Origin: Ylistrum balloti
Taxonomy: Eukaryota
Direction of reading: 5' to 3'
DNA length: 64,000 nucleotides
Assembly: GCF_031769215.1 (NCBI RefSeq)
Contig: NW_026781915.1
Coordinates: forward strand, 186,001 to 250,000
Shown piece after piece: positions 53,846 to 64,000 of this stretch (its first letter is position 1; each line of letters begins with the position of its first letter). Made by a program: the position numbers and the translations under genes. The notes under the pieces were generated by a model that was not told the origin of the DNA, ran no database searches, and saw only the letters and a list, made by a program, of their open reading frames with translations.

Positions 53846-56800
53846 ATGAGCATGTTTTCTCAAGTACCGCAAGCGAATCCAGGTATATTTTATGTCAAAT
53901 AGGACTAATTTCATCAGCTCTATCGGATGGCTCACTTTCAATATCATAATCTTTACAACTGATCACGTATAAGGATGTACACTTGTTTGACAAAAACATT
54001 TTTAAACATAGATATAAGTTTGATTTTGTTATTTCATAGTGATTTTTCAACTTTAGTTTGAAACATTCAAGCATCATTGATAGCTCTCAGTGTCAGTATG
54101 AGCTTTTATTAAGAGTGACTTTCAATTATCTACTTTTTTTTGTAACCCTGGTATAATATCAGCTGAGATATACTGCTCGGCTAGAGAGAACTTTTCTTCA
54201 GCTCGATCAGTTTAGCATCACATTATAAGCCATGGGTCCCAGGTTTGAATGCTAGCGGATGCTTTGAAATCAGTTATGACCTCTCTTACCTTTGTTTTGT
54301 TGGACTGGATGTTATATAATAACACTTTATGAAAGCCAGTGTTTGAAAAAAAATGTACAAATGAAACTTAAACAAATGTGAACTAGTAAGCACTGTTCAT
54401 ATTCATTATAATTACCAAGTGACACGATTCTTAGATGAAACTTTTTTGTTGATATAGGCCAACTGCATTTTCTTCAGACATGAGATGCTTCTTTTATCCA
54501 AACATGATTTATGGTACAAATATTTGCATCTTTTTTTTTCAGCGCAACCTAATAATCCAGCATTGTATGAGGTAAATATTTCATACTTATTAGGATTGAA
54601 TGATTTTATAAGAATTTTATAATAAAGAAGTACATGTAACATGCATGCTTTATGGCCCTATAACCGTTCATAGGACCAGTTATCTTCATACATTACTTTA
54701 ATGGGTACAATGTATGGTACCTATGTAATTACTGTATTGTTCATAAATATAGATTAAAGAAAATTAAAAATCTTTGGAACTAGAAATTCTGGTTATAAGT
54801 TCATAAAACATATAGCCACTACATCAGTATATAATCCTTTAAATCAAATTTATTTTAGTTTATATATAGCATTTAATTTGATCAGCACACATACTCAGGA
54901 CTCCTACATGCAGCATTGTCATTCAAGTTACCTGGTAAATTTTATAATATTCGGTATGCAGTGTTTACAATACAATATTTTTACTCATCTAAGTTGGTCA
55001 CACTAGGTGCAGTACCTGTATCTGTAATGTTGTAGCTCTGACAACATTATAATTTTGTTATACATATGCTATCTAGCTGGCAGGAGAAGTAGGAGACCAG
55101 GTATTGTTACTAGTACCAACTCTGAATATATGGCAATTTGTGAAATTTGTGGTGAAATTTATAAGGAAACTAAGTCAAGTCCAACATCAAAATTATATAT
55201 TAGAGTCACATGTTTTTCTGTTGTCTTTTGTAGGAAGTGAAATTATACAGAACTTCAAGGGAAAGGGCCAAGTAAGTAAACAGATAGTGTGTTAATTACT
55301 GTAAACAAAATTATTTAGCAGTAATCTTACATTAGCACTTCTCATAATGGAGATATAGTGCTGAAATATGATTCCACATCTGAATGTAATTTGTATGCAC
55401 ACTGTAGCAATACATTTATATGAGTTTTGAAATGCTTATTCATCATTGTTCATTTGCTAATATGTGATAATTTGCTAAAATTTGTTTTTACCAAATGTTC
55501 TGTTGTCCACAAATCATGTACAAATACCTAAATTATACAGTTTATCATAATTGACATTGTGTAACCTATATCTGTCATATTTGTAAAATCACAGATATGA
55601 TAACATGGCAGATCTGTATGCCGTGATAAACACGCTGCAGAGTTTGGAGAAAGCCTACATTAAGGATGCTGTACAAGCACGGGAGTAAGTTCTTTTTGTG
55701 TCAGAATTCCAAATAAATTAAGTTATTCAGTCTTGTTTAAGTTTCAACCATTGTATTTCTTAATTTTTTTTCTGCACTGTGTAAAACCAAATGGACTCTG
55801 TCCATATAATTTTTATCATTCAATTGTATTACAGACAGAATAAATTGTGATGCAGTCTGTCAACTATATACCTGCACTTACATGAGGTTTAATTTCTCAT
55901 TGATGTACATGTACATGATATTACCTGTGTTATAATTTATTCAATTCTTAAAAAAATCTTTAAAAATGTCTGTGGTGTAAATTCTTACTTGTGAACCAGA
56001 GTGCTTACAGTGTGACTCTGTTGTAAAATTTCAGTATTGATACTTGCATTACAACTGTGATATTATCTGTTATTATTGTACCTTTATATACCTATTATAT
56101 TATTTACAAACAGATACACTGGAGCTTGCTCCAAACTGTTGGTACAATACAAGGCAGCGTTTAAGCAGGTCCAGGGTGAGGAGTTTCCAAATGTGGAATC
56201 ATTTATGAAAAAATTTAGAGTAAGTTTTCAATTCAGTTGGTAATTACTGTTGGATGTTACCATTTAACTTTACATGTTTGTTAATTAACAAATTACATTG
56301 GGATTAGTTTGTTATAAGAATACTGTTGCAACAAGAATACCTCATGCATTTTCATCAGAAATATATCTATTTGTGTCAATTGAAATGGGCATACATTGTT
56401 TCAATGTCTTCACTCTGATGATATGAAAAAATAACCAGTTTTGATGACTATATTTCTGTGTTTATGAAGCCATTTTGTTATTCCTGGTAATAAGCCAACC
56501 AACATCTATTGCAATTTTTGGAAGAATTATCAACAGATATTATGTGATGTTTTGGCCCTCTGATGTCATGGCCCTTTAATAAGCCCGCCTGCCTACATCG
56601 GGGGAGAGGTAATGTTTGGACCATGCTGTATCAAAGAACTTTCATAAGCCTGCTGCCTGCGTACTTTATGAGTGACATGTTAATGTTTTTCTTTTCCAAG
56701 TTGGATTGTCCAGCAGCATTAGAGAGGATTAAGGATGATCGTCCTATCACTATCAAAGATGACAAGGGAAATACCAGTAAATGTATAGCAGATATTGTAT

Positions 56801-59108
56801 CAGTAAGTACAAACCCAGGAGGTAAACTTATAGTAGATATTGTATCAGTAGGTAGTAGGTAAACCTATAGTAGATATTGTATCAGTAAATACAAACCCAG
56901 GAGGTAAACTTATAGTAGATATTGTATCAGTAAGTAGTAGGTAAGCTTATAGTAGATATTGTATCAGTAAGTAGTAGGTAAACTTATAGTAGATGTTGTA
57001 TCAGTAAGTAGTAGGTAAGCTTATAGTAGATATTGTATCAGTAAGTAGTAGGTAAGCTTATAGTAGATATTGTATCAGTAAGTAGTAGGTAAACTTATAG
57101 TAGATATTGTATCAGTAAGTAGTAGGTAAACTTGTAGTAGATATTGTATCATTAGGTATTAGATAGACTTATAGTAGATATTGTATCAGTAAGTAGTAGG
57201 TAAACTTATAGTAAATATTGTATAAGTAAGTAGTAGGTAAAGTTATGGTAGATATTGTATCAGTAAGTAGTAGTAAACTTATAATAACAGGTTTCCGTTT
57301 GTGTACATTAAGTAATTTAGCTATTTCATTAGCAAATTTCTAATACAAGACCTTATTGTCAGTATTTGTTGTATGTCTACATGCTTAAAATGGGTATTTG
57401 GGACTATGTATTCAATTTCAATTTAGGCCCTATGATTAGTTAACATACATTTACTAACCCGATATAAGGTTTAGAATTTAGTCTTAACCTCATAAATTGA
57501 AACGCCATAATGCAGACAATTTATGATAAATGTTGGTCATATTAAAAATCCTAGAAAGCTGTAAATAAAGTAATTGAAATGTTTGTATTGAAGGCAGACA
57601 ACAGTTTTTTGTTTCTTAAACAATTTGATGTATATTTCAATGATCCTGATCATTATGTAATTTCAGTTATTTATCACTGTTATGGACAAATTGCGACTGG
57701 AGATCAGAGCTATGGATGAGGTAGGTTATTGTAGACTGATATTTACGTGGAGATTTATGTTATATCTTAAGATATTCCAAATATTCTTCTTGATTGATTG
57801 GATTTAAATGTAATGGAAACTTACTTCTAACTTGAGTATACATATAATGATATTTATGGTATAGACAATGATAATAATGATTGAATTTGGATGAAAATTT
57901 GCATGGATTCCCATAATTTGTATTTTGTACATTTATCTTTATTACTGGTAAGATTTAGTATATATCTGAAAAGAAGAAAATAGTATACTAAATATGTTGT
58001 TTTACGTTCGACGTATCCGCAAGAAAAAACATGAACAAGTTTATACTTATATAAGCTGTATTTTGATGTGCGATTCAGATCCAGCCAGATCTAAAGGAAC
58101 TGATGGAGACAATGAGCAGATTAAGTATTGTGTCCTCAGACTTTGAAGGAAAAGTCAAAGTAAAGACTTGGTAGGTGGCGCTGTAGATTTCCATTAACTG
58201 ATGATCGTTGTTCATTTGTGCAATATCTGTTCTTAATAGAAAATCACACAGAGATGATGTTGAGGATAATGACCTATTTGTGTTGTATGAGCAAAAGCTT
58301 ACCGAAAAAGAGATTCAGTGGTTACATTACTATGTACCCTACATACTGTATTTATCCTGCAATTAGCTCAGGGACAAAAACATTACCTCTGTCTCAAAGT
58401 AGGGGGTGGGCTTATTACAGGGTAGTAATATTGTAGAGGAGGGGAGGGGGTTGGTTCAAAACATTGCCTCTTCCTAAGACTAAGTGTGGGCTTATGGACT
58501 TATTACAGGAACATGAAATAAGGGGAGCCAAATTGTGCCTCTGACGATAGCTGAGAATTTGCTTATTAAGGAAACATAATATAAGGGTGTCAAATCCTCC
58601 CTTCTTATTTAAACTATTTAATTACAGGACCATGATGTTAGGGACCAAAACATTATCTCTGACTTAATGTAAGGAATGGGCTTATTAAGAACAATGATAA
58701 AGCATTTTGAAAGAAATTCCAATAAATGTAGATTGGCATATTGCCAAGCACTGTGTTATTGTCAGATGAATACAGTAGGAAATCTTTATTGATGTTGATC
58801 TAGGTCAACATGTTGTACCTGTCATATATAAGTCCTCATACACTCAAATTGATTACATGGTGAAGATTGGAAATTTCTGAATAGTAACCTTTATTGATGT
58901 AGTTAGTGATCAGCTGAAATCAAAGCTTGATGAATGTGTCACTAAGTATTTGATGCTTACTAACATGTTTTATTCTCATTGTGACAGGTTGGACACATTT
59001 AATGGGATGTCTGCCTCAGAGGAGCTGGATGATAGTCAGGTGCGACAGATGTTGTTTGATTTAGACAGTGCTTATAATGCATTTAACAGGCTACTACATG
59101 ACCACTAG
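53846..59108 (+). CDS. VPS28: Vacuolar protein sorting-associated protein 28 (ESCRT-I), 222 aa
   Basis: Exons 53846-53882, 54543-54571, 55234-55271, 55595-55684, 56114-56219, 56701-56802, 57667-57720, 58079-58170, 58988-59108; total 669 nt. Motifs: [105 protein letters not shown]. Confidence 0.97.
56789..57279 (+). repeat. 37-bp (and 45-bp) minisatellite made of the VPS28 exon-6 end plus its splice donor
   Basis: agatattgtatcagtaagtagtaggtaaacttatagt occurs 13 times counting the authentic exon/intron junction. Confidence 0.95.
58370..58690. repeat. Diverged tandem repeat in VPS28 intron 8
   Basis: Recurring caaa(a)acatt(a/g)(c/t)ctct and gggcttatta motifs. Confidence 0.5.
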
Positions 59109-59707
59109 GCTGTTAAAAGAACAATCATGTCCACCATCACCTTCCAGTCTATGGTTCATACGGCGATGTAACGTCTGTGACAGGTTGTGGGGGATATTTA
59201 AGGAGTATAACAATAAACCAGAGATACTATCACAAAAAGTCTTTCACGTCTTTCACTGTGTGTTACAACACAACAAGAAATCTGTTTCAAAGCAACATAA
59301 GATATTTCTGTTCTTATTACAAATAACTATAGAAATTGGAGATCATTTCAACATGCTACCCAGAGCTTCATTGTAAGACTTTTATTATGTTGTTATAATA
59401 AAGGCAATGATTCTATTGTTACATGTTACTTTAAATGATGAGGTTATTAGTGTAACCTGGAGGAAGCTGCTCCTCAGTATATGTATACTGTTAGCCTGTA
59501 GTTATGTAGTTGCTACTGTATGCAGTCTACCCAGATTTGAAATCTTCAAATGAAGGATCAGTGTTTAGTTTCAGAAAGAATCACATCATGTGACTATTTT
59601 CATGTGTAACTTGACTGAAGTCATTTTATGTGTCATCGTGCGTTATATCACATTGTGTAACAACTTTATATGGGAACTAGACTAATAACATTTGATACTG
59701 TTATCTC

Positions 59708-61055
59708 ATAGTAACCTTGTATGATGTTGCTGTATGGTAGTCGGGTATATATGATGTTGCTATACAGTAACCCTGTATGATGTTGCTGTATGGTAGTCGG
59801 GTATGATGTTGCTATACAGTAACCCTGTATGATGTTGCTGTACAGTAACCCTGTATGATGTTGCTGTACAGTAACCCTGTATGATGTTGCTGTACAGTAA
59901 CCCTGTATGATGTTGCTGTAGGTTACCCTGTATGATGTTGCTGTACAGTAACCCTGTATGATGTTGCTGTACAGTAACCCTGTATGATGTTGCTGTATGG
60001 TAGTCGGGTATGATGTTGCTGTATGGTAGTCGGGTATGATGTTGCTGTAGAGTAACCCTGTATGATGTTGCTGTACCGTAACCCTGTATGATGTTGCTAT
60101 ACAGTAACCCTGTATGATGTTGCTATACAGTAACCCTGTATAATGTTGCTATACAGTAACCCTGTATGATGTTGCTGTAGGTAGTTGGGTATGATGTTGC
60201 TGTACAGTAACCCTGTATGATGTTGCTGTACCGTAACCCTGTATGATGTTGCTATACAGTAACCCTGTATGATGTTGCTGTATGGTAGTTGGGTATAATG
60301 TTGCTATACAGAAACCCTGTATGATGTTGCTGTAGGTAGTTGGGTATGATGTTGCTGTACAGTAACCCTGTATGATGTTGCTGTACAGTAACCCTGTATG
60401 ATGTTGCTGTATGGTAGTCGGGTATGATGTTGCTGTATGGTAGTCGGGTATGATGTTGCTGTACAGTAACCCTGTATGATGTTGCTGTACAGTAACCCTG
60501 TATGATGTTGCTGTACAGTAACCCTGTATGATGTTGCTATACAGTAACCCAGTATAATGTTGCTATACAGTAACCCTCTATGATGTTGCTGTAGGTAGTT
60601 GGGTATGATGTTGCTGTACAGTAACCCTGTATGATGTTGCTGTACCGTAACCCTGTATGATGTTGCTGTACAGTAACCCTGTATGATGTTGCTCTACAGT
60701 AACCTTGTATGATATGGTATGATAACTGTGTATGATGTTGCTGTATGGTTACCCAGTATGATGTTACTGTATGGTTACCCAGTATGATGTTACTGTATGT
60801 AGTCGGGTATGATGTTGCTGTACAGTAACCCTGTATGATGTTACTGTATGGTAACCCTGTATGATGTTGCTGTATGGTAACCCAGTATGATGTTACTGTA
60901 TGGTTACCTTGTGTGGTGTTACTGTATGGTAACCCTGTATGATGTTGCTGTATGGTAACCCTGTATGATGTTGCTGTATGGCAACCCTGTATGATGTTGC
61001 TGTATGGTAACCATGTATGATGTTACTGTATGGTTACCTTGTGTGGTGTTGCTAT
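59708..61055. repeat. 26-bp variant-repeat minisatellite, roughly 50 units
   Basis: Constant gtatgatgttgct(g/a)t followed by acagtaaccct, atggtagtcgg, aggtagttgg or atggt(a/t)accc(t/a). Confidence 0.97.
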
Positions 61056-62589
61056 ACAGTAGTCTTTTATAAGGTTGCCATGCTACATAACAGTGATGTT
61101 GCTGTCTCTGTTCTGGTCTTGTAACCATGGGTACTTTCAAACTCCTTGACATCTTTTATTGTGTTTGTGTAATTCTGTGTGATTCAACATCACTTTAACC
61201 CATGTGATCTTGGTCCGACTATTCCATTGTGTGACCTTGACATTACGACAACCCACCATGATCTTGACCAAACTATTCCTATGTTATCTGACATTTTCAT
61301 TGCTCTATGACATTGACCTGACTATATCCTTTGTGACCTTGATATTACTGTAAGCCATCTGACCTTGACCTGTCTATAACACTGTGTGACCTATACTATA
61401 TAACCCTTCTGACTCATTTAGATCTAAATAGTTCCTGATTTCCAGGAAAGCTCCAGGTAAATGTTACTTGTAATATAAGGCTGTCTTCTTATCTGTTTTA
61501 TGTCATTTGATAAGTTCAATGCAAACAGAGACTTCTAAGGATGAAATTAATGAATATGTATGTTGTCTGTTAGAGTGGGAGAGGAACACATGATTGTTAT
61601 GGTATAATAAAGGATTTAATGTATTAGATATTACCACGTCCTTGAAATTATACATTTGACAGATTCCAAGTCGGACATTGTGAAATAATTGATTTCACAT
61701 GTAGTGAATAAATAAATGGTTAAGAAAATAGACAACCTTGTTGCTGTAAAGACACTTTCCATTGAAGTGAAACAGTCTTTTTAGGATTAAGGATATTACT
61801 TTCTGCTAATATGTGTTATTTCTGACAGGGTATGAAATGTGAGAAGCAAATGCTTGAATGATGGATTATTTTGGTATCTTTTATGCATATTCATAAAAGA
61901 TCATATGTTTATTTATGTATCATAAATGAAGGTAATATTTTAAGATGTGTAGATAGAGAATCTGACAAGAAAATGTATGACAAATCCTATGTACTGGCCA
62001 TGGTTGAGTTACCTTAATTGCTTGACTAAATTGCACGCTTTATAACCACTATGATTTTTAAATAGAGCTTAATCTAGCTTTACTACTGTCAAGGAAATTG
62101 TAATTTCAAAATATTTAAGGATTGATCTGCTTGTGTTTGAAAAATTTGATTTAATATTGTTCAATAAAAGATTGATGTGATCTTAAGGGAGAATGATTCA
62201 TTGAGTTGCCATACCCTATCTTTAGAGAATTATACCTATACCAGAATCCATTTGTCATTCGACCTTGCATGTTGATCACTGAATGCACAATCCAGATTAA
62301 AATGTATAATAGGAGTTGTGTCCTTTTATCTGGTAATAGTTATCCAGTATCCTTTGAAAAGCTGTATCACAGTTGGACATCGATGTAAGACAGGGTCTGG
62401 TCTCTGAGATGTTGTTTTCGTGTCACTTTATATTTGTACAGAGTTAAATTGATTTCTTACAACAATACACTTCATGTGAACCCCAGTACATTTAATATGG
62501 ATATATGTAGACAACCCAATAAATTGAAAGTTAAGAGCAAATATTGTATCTTAATAACGAGTATATCTATCACTTTATTAAGGCCTCTG

Positions 62590-63200
62590 GGTAGGGATAT
62601 GGTTCTACATTAAAATGTTATCTGTATTATAACTCGCTAGACCTGTGGAGGGGGATAGTGTTCTGTATGGTAATGTTATCTTTATTATAACACTCACTAG
62701 GTCTGTTGAAGAGACAGGATACTGTATAATAGTGTTATCTTTATTATAACACTTACTAGGTCTATGGAGGGAGACAGGATTCTGTATGGTAATGTTACCT
62801 GTACTATAACACTTACTAGGTCTGTGGAGGGAGACAGGATTCTGTATGTTAATGTAACCTGTATTATAACACTCACTAGGTCTATGAGGGAAATAGGATT
62901 CTGTATGGTAATATCATCTGTACTATAACACTCAATAGGTCTGTGGAGGGAGACAGGATTCTGTTCTATAACACTCACTAGGTCTATGGAGGAAGACAGG
63001 ATTCTGTATGTTAATGTAACCTGTATTATAACACTTACTAGGTCTGTGGAGGGAGACAGGATTCTGTATGGTAATATTACCTGTACTATAACACTCGCTA
63101 GGTCTATGGAAGGAAATAGGATTAAGTATATGTATTATAACACTTACTAGGTCTGTGGAGGGGGCTAGGGATCTACATACTAATGTCTCCTGTACTATAA
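62590..63200. repeat. 60-bp minisatellite (about 10 units)
   Basis: ataacactcactaggtctgtggagggagacaggattctgtatggtaatgttacctgtact has a 60-bp period (e.g. 62711, 62771, 62831). Confidence 0.93.
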
Positions 63201-64000
63201 TATTCTTTTTATGTATCATTTCAAGCACTATTTTCAATCAGCAAAACATACACAGAAATAAAACCATTCAGGCATCAACTGTTTAGTTTCATTTTTTCTG
63301 TCAATACCTAATCCTAGTCAAGCATATTACCTGATATATAATTTGTAATTAGCTGTTTGGTTTTATGCCAGGTTAAGAAAACTGTATTTTAATTCCTGCA
63401 AATCTTTTTGTGATTTTTATTTTTCCTTTTTTGAAGTGTATAAAGATGTCGTGTAAATAAAACCCATTGTATCTATCTGAGAGTTGTTTTTTTTCTCGGG
63501 TTGAGAAGTGAATTAATATTTTACACATTGATAAAATCTTGTTTAATGTTATTCAATCCAATATCAGTCTCTGTATTGCTATAAGATAGGGTGGTTCAAA
63601 TCTATATCTTGAAAAAACTCTAATCTTTGAAAACATTTGTACTCTGGAATGCTGGTTTAATTGGAGTTTCTACATTCAGCATATTATCAGTTATCAACAA
63701 TGGTTAATCAGTTTAGTGAGGGACAAATTGACATTTGGCAAGACTTAACATGGCCTAATAAAGGAATACAACACACTATATGCAAGTAGTGCATATGTTT
63801 AAAGTTACACTCGCTTATCTGTGATCATGAAAAAGTGCAAAGGTGTTTGAAGGGGCTCCAAACTGACCTACAGCCCTAGATACGTGTGAGTCACACGCCT
63901 TATCTCTCAAAGTGGGGACATATCTCTGGAGCCAAAATTGTTTTACAGTGATTACATCATTGCCAGATAAAAGTTTATCTCCTGATTTAATCAACGAATA

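Noticed and set aside
54170-54290. tRNA/SINE-like remnant in VPS28 intron 1 (gtcccaggtttgaat)
   Set aside because: Too degenerate to support; only a B-box-like word is present.
56563-56862. 99-aa ORF treated as a separate gene
   Set aside because: It is VPS28 exon 6 with flanking intron and repeat read in frame.
353-59108. U12-type or non-canonical introns
   Set aside because: All modelled junctions are GT-AG and none has the GTATCCTT minor-class donor.
59708-61055. CRISPR-like appearance (constant 15-mer alternating with 11-mers, palindromic)
   Set aside because: The intervening segments are a few recurring variants rather than unique spacers and are too short; there are no cas genes, and the context is eukaryotic.
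62697-63237. Repeat-protein ORFs on the minus strand
   Set aside because: They arise from the 60-bp unit being a multiple of three; there is no splice or homology support.

Overview
AT-rich, intron-rich animal genomic DNA, most consistent with a bivalve mollusc such as an oyster (inferred from intron size, base composition and repeat types; not verified). It is not prokaryotic, so there are no operons or CRISPR arrays. I spliced seven multi-exon genes by hand; all junctions are GT-AG and in phase. They are: the 3' part of a brahma/SMARCA4 chromatin remodeller (+); BRIX1 (-) head-to-head with PAIP1 (+); MMACHC/cblC (+) convergent with FAM166C/CIMIP2C (-); and CIB1 (-) head-to-head with VPS28 (+). 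Between and inside them lie a Tc1 DD34E element with both TIRs, relics of Tc1, pogo and Penelope elements, two tRNA-derived SINEs, Helentron-type non-autonomous repeats and several minisatellites. Most striking observations: (1) a VPS28 intronic minisatellite built from the gene's own exon end plus 5' splice donor, giving 12 extra copies; (2) a consensus RFX X-box beside a candidate divergent spliced 31-aa hydrophobic micropeptide next to MMACHC; (3) a PAIP1 with two PAM2 motifs, one on a skippable exon, and a prion-like insert; (4) a 26-bp palindromic variant-repeat array whose variants keep G-U pairing potential; (5) a PHD-finger/pogo-DDE chimeric ORF. No new multi-gene system is demonstrable from sequence alone; these are hypotheses.
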